Below, one piece after another: positions 30,928 to 40,426 of a stretch of 64,000 nt of DNA. Under the pieces are notes generated by a model. It did no database searches, was not told the DNA's origin, and saw nothing but the letters and a program-made list of their open reading frames with translations. Where the stretch lies: NCBI GenBank assembly GCA_041649675.1, contig JBAZMQ010000003.1, positions 5,335 through 69,334 of the forward strand. Direction: 5' to 3'. Within the stretch, counting starts at the first letter, position 1; the number at the start of each line of letters is the position of its first letter. The stretch comes from Patescibacteria group bacterium. GTDB taxonomy: Bacteria; Patescibacteriota; Patescibacteriia; Buchananbacterales; UBA6539. The position numbers were made by a program, and so were the translations under genes.

Positions 30928-32664
30928 ATGCCAAACGACGATCAATTAATTCGAGAAATTTTAGCCAGCAAAAAGCCAAAGATTGCCACTGAAGAAGTTG
31001 CTGGCAAATTTGTTGATAAAATGAAAAGCATTGGCGCTAAAGAAAAAGAGCGCGAGGCTCAGGTTAATGCGTCAATGACTGGTTTTCAATACATTGATTT
31101 GAAAGGTTTTCCCATTAGCGCTGAAACCATCAGCCTAATTTCCGAAGAGCAATCAAAAGAGTTACAGGCAATCTGTTTTTTTGTCGGTCCAAACGATATT
31201 CGGATTGGTGCCGTTGATCCGACCAATGAAAAACTTCAAGGCATAATTGCCAAATTGGCTAAAGAATATCGGGCGGAAGTCGGAGTTTATCTTATTTCTC
31301 AAAATAGTTATAATTTTGCTTTTCAGCTTTATCGGACAATCCCTAAAATCAGACGATTTGTCGGCGGTGTTGAGATTACCGAGGATGATATCAAAAAATA
31401 TGAAAAGGAAATTTTGACTTTCAAAGATTTGGATGAAAAACTAAAAGAGATTTCAATCACTGACATGTTAACCTTGGTTATTGCCGCGGCGATTAAATCA
31501 CGTTCATCCGATATTCATATTGAAGCCGAAGAAAAAGGGATTAAAGTTAGGTTTAGAATTGATGGTATTTTGCACGATGCGGCTAATTTGGACGTTAAAG
31601 TTTGGTCACAAGTGATAGCTAGGATTAAATTAGTTTCTAAGTTGAAAATCAATATTGAAGACCGGCCGCAGGATGGTCGTTTTACTATTTTTATGGCTCA
31701 CGAAAAAATTGATGTTCGTGTTTCTTGTTTGCCCACTGCTTATGGCGAAAGTGTAGTTATGCGTTTGTTAATGTCTTCAGCTGTCGGCGTAGCCTTTGAA
31801 GATTTAGGCCTGCGGGGAAAACCTTTTGAAGCTTTAAGGTTAGAAATTGAAAAACCAAATGGTATGGTAGTAACAACCGGACCGACCGGTTCAGGTAAAA
31901 CCACTACTTTGTATGCGGTTTTAAATAAACTTAATAACCCGGGAACAAAAATTATCACTATTGAAGACCCGATTGAATACAAATTAGCCGGTATCAACCA
32001 AAGCCAGGTTGATTATAGTAAAAGTTATACTTTTGCTAATGGTTTACGGTCAATCTTACGGCAGGATCCGGATATCGTGATGGTTGGTGAAGTCCGGGAT
32101 TTAGAAACCGCCGAAATTGCGATTAATGCGGCTTTGACTGGTCATTTGGTTATTACCACTTTGCATACTAATGATGCGGCTGGCACTATCCCCCGTTTTC
32201 TGTCAATGCAAGTCAAACCCTTTTTGTTAGCGCCAGCGATTAACGCCATGATTGGCCAGCGTTTAGTTAGAAAAATTTGTCAAAATTGTAAACAAGAAAC
32301 TGAATTGGATAATAAAATAATGTCACGGGTAATGAAAATTTTATCTGAGATTCCCGAGGCGTCCGGTTTTAGAATTTCCAACGAAGAATTGAAAAAACTA
32401 AAATTTTACAAAGGTGGCGGCTGTGAACAATGTCAGGGTTTGGGCTATAAAGGCCGAATCGGTATTTTTGAAATTATGACCATGAATAAGGAAGTGGAAA
32501 AGTTGATTTTGACTAGCCAGGTTTCGGAGTATGACATGCGGGCTATTGGTATTAAAAATGGCATGATTACTATGATTCAAGACGGGCTATTGAAAGCCAT
32601 TGATGGCATTACCACTGCCGATGAAGTCTTTCGGGTGGCCAAAGACGTTAGTGCTGAATTATAA
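30928..32664 (+). CDS. GspE/PilB-family pilus assembly ATPase
   Basis: SDIHIE, PQDGRF, GPTGSGKTTT, LRQDPD, CxxC..CxxC. Confidence 0.95.
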   Translation: MPNDDQLIREILASKKPKIATEEVAGKFVDKMKSIGAKEKEREAQVNASMTGFQYIDLKGFPISAETISLISEEQSKELQAICFFVGPNDIRIGAVDPTNEKLQGIIAKLAKEYRAEVGVYLISQNSYNFAFQLYRTIPKIRRFVGGVEITEDDIKKYEKEILTFKDLDEKLKEISITDMLTLVIAAAIKSRSSDIHIEAEEKGIKVRFRIDGILHDAANLDVKVWSQVIARIKLVSKLKINIEDRPQDGRFTIFMAHEKIDVRVSCLPTAYGESVVMRLLMSSAVGVAFEDLGLRGKPFEALRLEIEKPNGMVVTTGPTGSGKTTTLYAVLNKLNNPGTKIITIEDPIEYKLAGINQSQVDYSKSYTFANGLRSILRQDPDIVMVGEVRDLETAEIAINAALTGHLVITTLHTNDAAGTIPRFLSMQVKPFLLAPAINAMIGQRLVRKICQNCKQETELDNKIMSRVMKILSEIPEASGFRISNEELKKLKFYKGGGCEQCQGLGYKGRIGIFEIMTMNKEVEKLILTSQVSEYDMRAIGIKNGMITMIQDGLLKAIDGITTADEVFRVAKDVSAEL

Positions 32665-32768
32665 TTTTTATTACAAAAAAGCCGGTTTGATCCGGTTTTT
32701 ATTATTGAAAAATATTATAGCGATTTAGAACGGTTATAGTTGGTATAGACCAACAGGATTTTGTTTAG

Positions 32769-33374
32769 TTATTTTTTTTCGGTAGTTTTTTGGTAATTTT
32801 GATCGTTGTCAATTAGTCCTTCAATCAGCTCTCGTAAAAAATCAGCCTTGGAAAGTTTGGTATTTTGAGTTTTGTATTGTAAATAACGTTCAATCCTGGA
32901 ATTTATCCGCAAAGTGAATTTAATCGTTGGCGATTCTTTGCCATCACTAGTTTCAATTTTTTGCAGAAATTTAGCCAATGTTATCTCCAGGGTTTTTTCG
33001 GTGTAATATTCTAAATTCAAAAGATGAGAAGTATTTTTATCTTTTTGCAGCTGAACTAGATTTTTATTAATCAATCGGCCTTTTTGGCAAAGGTAAAGGA
33101 TTGGTTTATGATAAGCCAAGGCAATGGCAATCAAATAACCGCTTTCCGAAAGGGGTTTGGTGCCTTCAATAATTAATGCATCCATTTGGTTTAGCATTGC
33201 CTCTCCAGTTTGTTCAATTCGTTCCAAGTCCTGAGTGGAAAAGCCGGCTAAATTGGGGGCGGCTAAATTACTCATCACTAAAACGCCGGAGTCATTTAAA
33301 ATATCAATGATTCTCAAAAATGTTTTTTGTAATCTGTCTTCGGCTTGATTGTCGGCGGTAAAATATAAGCGCAT
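32769..33374 (-). CDS. Hypothetical: nucleoside deoxyribosyltransferase-like domain plus C-terminal RHH-like domain
   Basis: MRLYF.A..D.LIIE.T..GY.IA.AL..KPIL.L; C-terminal KFTLRI..SKADFLRELIE. Confidence 0.55.
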   Translation of the reverse strand: MRLYFTADNQAEDRLQKTFLRIIDILNDSGVLVMSNLAAPNLAGFSTQDLERIEQTGEAMLNQMDALIIEGTKPLSESGYLIAIALAYHKPILYLCQKGRLINKNLVQLQKDKNTSHLLNLEYYTEKTLEITLAKFLQKIETSDGKESPTIKFTLRINSRIERYLQYKTQNTKLSKADFLRELIEGLIDNDQNYQKTTEKK

Positions 33375-33376
33375 AG

Positions 33377-34309
33377 TTAATTTTGGTGAATAATTTCTCC
33401 AGCAATATTTTTATTCATCAATTCCTTAATCCCTTTGTTGTTTTTAGTTTGGGTCAAAACCCACAAAAATTTAGTCAGGGCTGATGGCCAAGTCATGCTA
33501 TTGATTAATAAAATATTTTTTGGCAAAAACTCTGGGTTAGAAATATTTTTACTCCAAATAACTATTGGTAATCCTGATTTACCTAAAAGTTCAATCAAAT
33601 CAGTTGGTAAATTTTGGTAAGCTTCGGCATTAACCGCTATTCCTTCACAGCCCTCAATTTGATTTGCGATTTTTTTCAGATTAATTAATGGGCCGACAGT
33701 AATAACTTCAACTTTTTCCGCTAAGCTGGTGTAAAATTTGGTTTTTTCTTTGGCCGAACCTGTTTTAGAAAAAGTCCGGATACTAAAATCAATCCGGCCC
33801 AGCAAGCTGGGGACATTAATTGGAGTAGCAAAAACATTTAGCGATCCTTCAGTGTTTGATTTGAGCGCCTGATTGGCTTTAATTAAGCGATTACCAAACA
33901 TTACCGAAACGCCAGCTATTTGGTGGTTAACTGCCTGGTAAGAATTAATTAGGTTAGCTCTGATTTCTGTTTTTTTAACACTGGGTTTGTTTGACTGAAC
34001 GCCGGTAAAAACTATTGGCTTAGTTAAATTTTGTAGCAAAAAAGACAGAGCGCAGCTGGTATAGAGTAAATTATCAACGCTATGTAAAATTACAAAACCA
34101 TCGGTTTGGTTAAACCTTTGCTGAATTTCTTTTGCTAATTTTAACCAAATTTTTGGCGTGATATCTGCCGACGGTTGGTTAAAAATCAAAACCGGTTTAA
34201 CGTCAGCCAAGATATTGAGTTCCGGCATTTGTTCCAGCCAGTCTTGCTGTTTTAGGTTAGTTGACTGGTTGCAAATCATTAAATAAATTTTTTTTCGATC
34301 ATTATCCAT
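33377..34309 (-). CDS. Asparaginase-like protein with degenerate active site
   Basis: DGFVILHSVDNL..LSFLLQNLTKPIVFTG; lacks GGT and HGTDT. Confidence 0.7.
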   Translation of the reverse strand: MDNDRKKIYLMICNQSTNLKQQDWLEQMPELNILADVKPVLIFNQPSADITPKIWLKLAKEIQQRFNQTDGFVILHSVDNLLYTSCALSFLLQNLTKPIVFTGVQSNKPSVKKTEIRANLINSYQAVNHQIAGVSVMFGNRLIKANQALKSNTEGSLNVFATPINVPSLLGRIDFSIRTFSKTGSAKEKTKFYTSLAEKVEVITVGPLINLKKIANQIEGCEGIAVNAEAYQNLPTDLIELLGKSGLPIVIWSKNISNPEFLPKNILLINSMTWPSALTKFLWVLTQTKNNKGIKELMNKNIAGEIIHQN

Positions 34310-34408
34310 AATGTTTTTAAGCGCCGTCACCAAGTGACAGCCGTCCCTTTTATTTTAAGCCCTTGTTAATAAAAAAACAAGTCTCCTGCCTGGGTTTGTT
34401 TGAAGCTT

Positions 34409-34642
34409 TTATTCGTTAATTTGGACTATCTGGCCAAGCATTTTTTTGCCATTGGGCAAAATCAATTCAAAACTTTCACCGGTTTGTCGGCCCAAGGTTG
34501 CTTGGCCAATTGGTGATAAATGAGAAATCTTTCCATTTTTTGGATTAGTATCGGTTGAATCAACAATTTCTAATTCTTTAATTTCACCATTAAGGTTAAT
34601 CTTAATTTTACTGCCGATACTAATTGTTTTTTGGTCATTCAT
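34409..34642 (-). CDS. GreA/GreB C-terminal-domain-only protein
   Basis: GKISHLSPIGQATLG..G..F...LPNG. Confidence 0.8.
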   Translation of the reverse strand: MNDQKTISIGSKIKINLNGEIKELEIVDSTDTNPKNGKISHLSPIGQATLGRQTGESFELILPNGKKMLGQIVQINE

Positions 34643-34894
34643 ATTAAAAAGAAAAACCCTTTGTTAGGGTTTTTCTTAAGATATTGGGGGGTGAAAAATA
34701 GGAGTAAAAAACTGTGCTTTTTTCAGAAAAGCGATTGGCGCTTAAGGAATTATTTTTTGCCATAAATAAGGCCATGAAATTTTTGCCCCTACTGTTCATT
34801 TTTAGCATAATTTTTTCCCAGTTTAGTGTCAATTAGTTTTAGAGGATAAGCTGTGAAAAAAATGGGGACAAGTAATTTTTTAAAGTTAAATATT

Positions 34895-34926
34895 AAAAAA
34901 AGGCTACCTAGGAAACATAGGTAACC
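34895..34926 (-). terminator. Intrinsic terminator of the candidate giant RNA
   Basis: GGTTACCTA-TGTTTCC-TAGGTAGCC-TTTTTTT on the minus strand. Confidence 0.7.
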
Positions 34927-35755
34927 GTACTACATTGTACATTACTCCCCAAAGAGGAGCTTCGTTGTGACCTTTGACTGGCCAAAGGGTTTTTCGTATT
35001 CGTGCACTTCGGAAATTACCCAAATCTTTATGCATTATAATTTTGACCCTAGGCCGAAAGGTCTTGTTGCTACTGTTTCAGTAAATAAAGGGGGTGCCCA
35101 AGATGCTTGGGCAGGAACAACTACTGCTAATTTTCCTCCGTCTGCACCGTGCAGATTTTCCCTTTTGATTCACAAAGCTTTCAGAAAGTTTTTTAATGCC
35201 AAACTCCGTAGCTTGGCATACTCTCGCGTAATGGCTAGAGGGAATAAGACCGGAAATATTCCGGTGAGTCACCTGTTAAGGTAACAGCCTGCCGCCTTTG
35301 TTAGCGGCTAGATTCATACAGCCATATATTGGCCTCCTGTATGCGCCGCTTCTAGATTTCGCCTAACCTTTGTTCCTCGGGGGTTAGAAGAAGATCGAGA
35401 AAGCGGCTGTTGCTTCGTTGCCGGCGCTACCTGTTCGGGCCAGCGTCTCCGCCTTATTTCCATGGCTGCCAAAATCCGGGCTGCCGAGAATCAGGGAAAT
35501 CATCCCTGGTTGGCCACGAGTGGCCGTCATTGATCCATTCATACTGAGTTTCCTCCATGTCATGTGGCTTGGTCACATTGGCTCGCGTTTCTTAGAATCT
35601 GCTAATTTGCTTTGGACGAGGCTCTTTAAGGCGGTTGTTTCCGGATGTACCTGCCGGGCAAGTACATCACTACGGCCTGAGAGTTAGTTACTCGTTTAGA
35701 ATTGGGCAAATGCAAATCCTGTTCTTTTGATATTCAAGCTTTCTGCAACCTGATA
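34895..35755 (-). ncRNA. Candidate giant structured ncRNA (~860 nt, GOLLD/ROOL-sized)
   Basis: Promoter and terminator on the minus strand, many hairpins, GC above flanks, no credible ORF. Confidence 0.65.
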
Positions 35756-35761
35756 ATATTT

Positions 35762-35790
35762 ATATTAGAACACTAGTTTAAATTTAGCAA
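35762..35790 (-). promoter_or_regulatory. Sigma70-like promoter for the candidate giant RNA
   Basis: TTGCTA-17 bp-TAATAT. Confidence 0.6.
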
Positions 35791-35861
35791 TATCGGGGTG
35801 TTAATAAAAAAATAGGGGCGCATTAGCGTCCCTTATAGAGAATTTTGTAAATTTTTAGAAT

Positions 35862-37601
35862 TTAGCTGGAATACATCTTTTCAATTTCTTTTTGAAAATG
35901 TTCTTCAATGGTTTTTCGTCGCAGTTTTAGAGTAGGAGTCAGCTCGTCTTTTTCTTGGCAAAATTCACTGGGCAAAATTTTAAATTTTCTAACTTTTTCC
36001 CAATCGGCCAACTGCTGATTAATTTTTTCAATTCTTTCTTTAAATAAAGCGTTTAATTTTGGCTCATTAATTAATTGGTCCGGTTCCTTGCTGGTAATAC
36101 CAATTTGGTTTAAAGCAATTGCTATTTCCTGCCAATCGGGAATAATTAAAGCCACTAAATAGCTGTGTTTATTGCCGCAAACCATTGATTGGTTAATATA
36201 ACGGTCATTATTTAAAATTAATTCAATTTGTTCTGGCCAAGCAATTTTACCGTTAGAAAAAGAAATCATTTCTTTTTTTCGGCCGATAATCATTAAAAAT
36301 CCGTCACTGCTTAAAAATCCTAAATCGCCAGTGTGCAGCCAACCTTCAGCATCAATTGCCTCTTTAGTTAGTTCCGGCTTTTGCCAATAGCCAGCCATAA
36401 CGTTTGGGCCTTTGACTAAAATTTCTTTATCTGGCGCAATTTTAATTTCCACTCCGGGTAATTGTTGGCCAACTGTTCCAAATTTAAAATTGTTTTGCCG
36501 ATTGACCGTTATTACCGGTGAAGTTTCGGTTAAGCCGTAGCCTTCGGTAATAACAATTCCGAGCCGGGCAAAAAATCTAGCGAGCTTATGGTTTAAAGTC
36601 GCGCCGCCAGAAATTGTTAATCGTAGCCTGCCGCCAAAGGTGGCTCTGATTTTATGAAAGACCAAAAAGTCGGCAACTAAATGAGAAATAGTTTTTGGCT
36701 GCTGTTTTAAAGCCCAGGTAAAAATTTTGTATTTTATTTTGCTGCCTTTTTTAGTTTTTTCCCAAATCCCGTCATGAACTCGTTCAAAAATCCGCGGAAT
36801 GGAAACTAAAACTGTCGGTTTAATTTCTTTTAAATTGAGCAGCAGCGTTTTTATGTTTTCGGCATAAGCAATACAGCTGCCGCGGCAAATCAAAGGGGCA
36901 TAATAGCCAACAGTTCGTTCCAAAACATGGGATAACGGTAAAAAAGAAAGTAAAATATCATGTTCATTAACCGGTACGGCGGTAACCGAAGCTTCGGCAT
37001 CAAATAAAAAATTGCGGTGAGTTAGCATTACGCCCTTAGGTACGGCTGTGGTGCCGGAAGTATAAATAATGCTGGCAATATCATTGGCTTCGGCCTGAAT
37101 GGTGATTGATTGATTTGAGTTTTCGCCCAATTCCATTACTGTCTGAAGGCTGACTATTTTTTTATCCAAATCGTGGTGATTATTGGGTTGGTCCAAGTCA
37201 ATAAAAATAATAGTTTTTAAATGGGGTAAATCTTTGATTATTAGCAGGAGCTTATTAAATTGTTCCTGATTGGAAACCAACAAAATCGAGCTTTGGGAGT
37301 CGTTTAAGATATGTTGAATAATTTTTGGTGATAAAGTGGTATGAACCGGTACAGTAATTGCGCCCAAAGTCATAATCGCTAAATCAGCTCTGACCCATTC
37401 GGTTCGGTTTTCGCTTAAAATGGCCACGCGATCGCCTTGATTAATCCCCAGTTCTTTCAAACCTTTAGCCATTATATTCACTCTTTTTTGCAGTTGGTCA
37501 AAAGTAATATCAATATAGGCGCCGTGGTATTTGAATTTTAAAGCCGGGCGCTTGGCAAATTTTTGTGCTGTTTCAGTAAATTTTTGGGGGATGGTCAGCA
37601 T
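35862..37601 (-). CDS. Long-chain fatty acid-CoA ligase (AMP-binding)
   Basis: IIYTSGTTAVPKG, EGYGLTETSP, LHTGDLG. Confidence 0.93.
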   Translation of the reverse strand: MLTIPQKFTETAQKFAKRPALKFKYHGAYIDITFDQLQKRVNIMAKGLKELGINQGDRVAILSENRTEWVRADLAIMTLGAITVPVHTTLSPKIIQHILNDSQSSILLVSNQEQFNKLLLIIKDLPHLKTIIFIDLDQPNNHHDLDKKIVSLQTVMELGENSNQSITIQAEANDIASIIYTSGTTAVPKGVMLTHRNFLFDAEASVTAVPVNEHDILLSFLPLSHVLERTVGYYAPLICRGSCIAYAENIKTLLLNLKEIKPTVLVSIPRIFERVHDGIWEKTKKGSKIKYKIFTWALKQQPKTISHLVADFLVFHKIRATFGGRLRLTISGGATLNHKLARFFARLGIVITEGYGLTETSPVITVNRQNNFKFGTVGQQLPGVEIKIAPDKEILVKGPNVMAGYWQKPELTKEAIDAEGWLHTGDLGFLSSDGFLMIIGRKKEMISFSNGKIAWPEQIELILNNDRYINQSMVCGNKHSYLVALIIPDWQEIAIALNQIGITSKEPDQLINEPKLNALFKERIEKINQQLADWEKVRKFKILPSEFCQEKDELTPTLKLRRKTIEEHFQKEIEKMYSS

Positions 37602-37677
37602 GTTAGGTAATTAGGTAACTAGGTAATTAGGTAACTAGGTAGTTAGGTTACCGACTTGGTTAGGGAGATATTTATAA

Positions 37678-38040
37678 TTAAATTTTAAGCTTGTTTATTA
37701 AAGAATTCAACATTTTCATTACTTCCAATAAAATACTGCCGACTTCCGAATAGTCAAGATATTTGCCGAAAGGCAATTGTTTTGTTATCTCTAATTGAGC
37801 TTCTAGTTCAGCTCCCGACCCAAAAGCATGTAAAAGAAAAACCCGATAGTTCTTTTGGCTGCCTCGAGCCTTGCCCTCAGCAATATTTGAGGGAATTGAA
37901 ACAGCGGCTCTTCTCATTTGAGCTGATAGACCATAAACTTCCGAAGACGGGAATTTTTCTGTTAGTTTGTATATGGCAATAACCAACTTAATTGATTTTT
38001 GCCAGACAATCAAATCTCGATAATTTGTGATTTGCGCCAT
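37678..38040 (-). CDS. Four-helix-bundle protein (23S rRNA IVS/S23-like family)
   Basis: YRDLIVWQKS..FP..EVYGLSAQMRRAAVSIPSNIAEG. Confidence 0.93.
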   Translation of the reverse strand: MAQITNYRDLIVWQKSIKLVIAIYKLTEKFPSSEVYGLSAQMRRAAVSIPSNIAEGKARGSQKNYRVFLLHAFGSGAELEAQLEITKQLPFGKYLDYSEVGSILLEVMKMLNSLINKLKI

Positions 38041-38213
38041 ACTTTTTGGTTAATATTAAGTTTGGCGCTATGTTGATTTGTCAATTTTTTAGTCCCTAAT
38101 CACCTAATTTCCCAACCTAACTTCCTAATTACCTAATTACCTATTATTACTAAAGATCCGCTCCCCTGGCCTACCCATCGTCCGAGGGCGATAGGTAAGC
38201 CACGAAGGCGGAT

Positions 38214-39053
38214 TTAAATTTCAGAGATAAATCTATAGATTGCTTTGTAAATTAGCCAGCGTTTTTGATCTAAAGCAATATTGTGGCTGACGCCGTCAAC
38301 CCATAAAATCCGTTTATCGTTGGAAGCTAGTTTTTCGTGCAAGTATTGAGCGGAACTAGGATGGACAACGGCATCGGTATTAGAATGGATAATCAAAGTC
38401 GGGGCGGTAATATTTTTTAGGCTTGGGATGGTTGTTGTTTTTATAAATCGAAAAAGATTTTTTAAACTGGAAATGGGAATTACCGGATAGACTACTTGTT
38501 CCCCCTCGGCATAGGTAAATTTATAATTATTGCCTCTTTTTTTATAATATTTAATAAAAAAGCCGTAAGTGTATACCCGAAGTTTTGCTAATTTTTGCCA
38601 TTTGATTTTAATTGGTGTACCAATGGAAATTATTCCGGCCAAAGGATTGTTGTGTTTAGTGGCGAGATGAAAAGCTAGGTTGCCGCCAAAAGAACTGCCG
38701 ATAATAAAAATTTTTTTAGTGCTATTTTTTAAAAATAAATAGGCTTCTTCAACTGATTGTTGCCAATCTTGAATCGTGGTTTTTTCTAAATCTTGGGGGG
38801 TAGTGCCGTGGCCGGCAATTTTGGGAGCAAAAACCGTTAAGCCTTTGTCGGCCAAGTATTGGGCTAAGTCGCAGAACTCATACGGCGTACTGGTAAAGCC
38901 ATGTAATAATAAGACCCCGACTTCATTGCTGCGGGGAAAATAAATTGTTTTATCAGGATTTATAATATTTTTGAATTTAGAAAAATCAACATTTGCAAAC
39001 GGATCAGATTTGTTAGTACGTTTTTCGATGAATTCCAAAATTTCTGCAACCAT
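38214..39053 (-). CDS. Alpha/beta hydrolase (carboxylesterase-like)
   Basis: LLLHGFTSTP, GHG, GSSFGG nucleophile elbow, Asp and His downstream. Confidence 0.9.
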   Translation of the reverse strand: MVAEILEFIEKRTNKSDPFANVDFSKFKNIINPDKTIYFPRSNEVGVLLLHGFTSTPYEFCDLAQYLADKGLTVFAPKIAGHGTTPQDLEKTTIQDWQQSVEEAYLFLKNSTKKIFIIGSSFGGNLAFHLATKHNNPLAGIISIGTPIKIKWQKLAKLRVYTYGFFIKYYKKRGNNYKFTYAEGEQVVYPVIPISSLKNLFRFIKTTTIPSLKNITAPTLIIHSNTDAVVHPSSAQYLHEKLASNDKRILWVDGVSHNIALDQKRWLIYKAIYRFISEI

Positions 39054-39249
39054 ATTTTTTGTTTTTGTTTCTGCTTATGAAAAATACGTTAATTTAGCTA
39101 AATTGTCAAGAGGATAATAGGAGGATAAGCTGTGTTTATATCAAAAAAAATCGCAAAAAGGCCATAATTTTACCAATCTTGGGTATGGTTTCCTGTTATT
39201 TTTTATAGAAATAGGGATTATTTTAGTAGAAAGAAGGTAAAAATGAGTC

Positions 39250-40422
39250 TTAGCTTTTTTTACCTAAATCCCAGAGTAGATTGAAATAATTTAAATAGCC
39301 GCTGACTAAACTTTCATTTTTTATTTCAATAATAGCTGGTGGATTACCAAAAGTTTGTAAAATAATGGTGTCTTCCCAAATATTAAAATTAGAAGGAGTT
39401 GAATACTGTTTTGGAATTAAGCTAACCTGCAGTTGATCACCCAATCCTTTTTGGGCTTCTTTTTCTAAATTTTCAACTTTATAACTCACCCATTTCCAAA
39501 TGATTTTCTTTTTTTTAAGTAAGTTTTCATATTCCGGATAAGTATTACCCATACATTCAAACCAGCGATCACCAACGGCGCCAACCACGTAGCCGGTACT
39601 ACCCGACTTTACTCTTTTTAGTAGTCCAAGATGATAGGCTTGAAAATCCTCATACCCTTCATAAACGTTAATTTCCTGTTTTTTTTCCACCGCTCCGCTC
39701 AAAAACATTTTAGTTCTTGCCATTGTTGGCTTTTCAAAAATTTTTTCCGGCGATCCTTGTTCAGCTATTTCCCCTTTGTCTAAAAAAATAATCCGGTCCG
39801 AAATTTCTTGAGCAAATCTCATGTGATGAGTAACCACGATCATGGTTGTCCCCTCCTTGGCTAGTCGTTTTATAATTTTTAAAACTCCAGCGGCCAACTC
39901 CGGATCAAGGGCGGCAGTAATTTCATCCAATAAAATTACTTCCGGATTCATCGCTAAAGTCCGAGCAATTGCTACTCTTTGTTTTTGGCCACCGGATAAA
40001 TTTTGGGGATAGTCATTTATCTTATCTAACAGGTCAACTTTTTCTAGCCATCTTTTAGCTTCGTTGGCAGCTTGTTGTTTGGGCATTTTTTTAACCAATA
40101 TTAAGGCTTCGGTAATATTTTCCAAAGCGGTTTTGTGAGGCCATAAATTAAATTCCTGGAAAACTACCCCGATTTTTTCTCGCAGTTTATCTTTTTGTGT
40201 CTCCTTGGTTAGTTGTTCAACTTTATATTGGTCATCAATTATAATTTGGCCCTGTTCAAAAGGTTCTAGCAAAGCTAAACAGCGCAATAAAGTTGTTTTA
40301 CCGCCGCCGCTGGGACCGATGATTGAAATTATTTCTCCTTTGTTTATTTCAAAATCAATACCCTCTAAAATTAATTTTGAGTCAAATTTTTTTGATAAAT
40401 TTTTAACTTTGATTATTGACAT
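39250..40422 (-). CDS. Polar amino-acid ABC ATPase fused to a TrmB-like C-terminal domain
   Basis: GPSGGGKTT, LSGGQKQRVAIAR, DEITAALDPE; extra ~140 aa resembling the TrmB C-domains in this window. Confidence 0.85.
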   Translation of the reverse strand: MSIIKVKNLSKKFDSKLILEGIDFEINKGEIISIIGPSGGGKTTLLRCLALLEPFEQGQIIIDDQYKVEQLTKETQKDKLREKIGVVFQEFNLWPHKTALENITEALILVKKMPKQQAANEAKRWLEKVDLLDKINDYPQNLSGGQKQRVAIARTLAMNPEVILLDEITAALDPELAAGVLKIIKRLAKEGTTMIVVTHHMRFAQEISDRIIFLDKGEIAEQGSPEKIFEKPTMARTKMFLSGAVEKKQEINVYEGYEDFQAYHLGLLKRVKSGSTGYVVGAVGDRWFECMGNTYPEYENLLKKKKIIWKWVSYKVENLEKEAQKGLGDQLQVSLIPKQYSTPSNFNIWEDTIILQTFGNPPAIIEIKNESLVSGYLNYFNLLWDLGKKS

Positions 40423-40426
40423 AAAA

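Noticed and set aside
34967-35687. ORFs 34967..35284, 35078..35272, 35418..35687
   Set aside because: No RBS or protein motifs, and they lie within the structured RNA candidate.
37603-37651. Tandem repeats as a CRISPR array
   Set aside because: Contiguous 8-mers with no spacers and no cas genes in the window.
14685-38040. Diversity-generating retroelement implied by the Avd-related four-helix bundles
   Set aside because: No reverse transcriptase and no TR/VR repeat pair seen.
34842-39134. Repeated GAGGATAAGCTGTG (near 34842 and 39121) as DnaA boxes/oriC
   Set aside because: Only partial matches to TGTGGATAA, not clustered, and no dnaA nearby.
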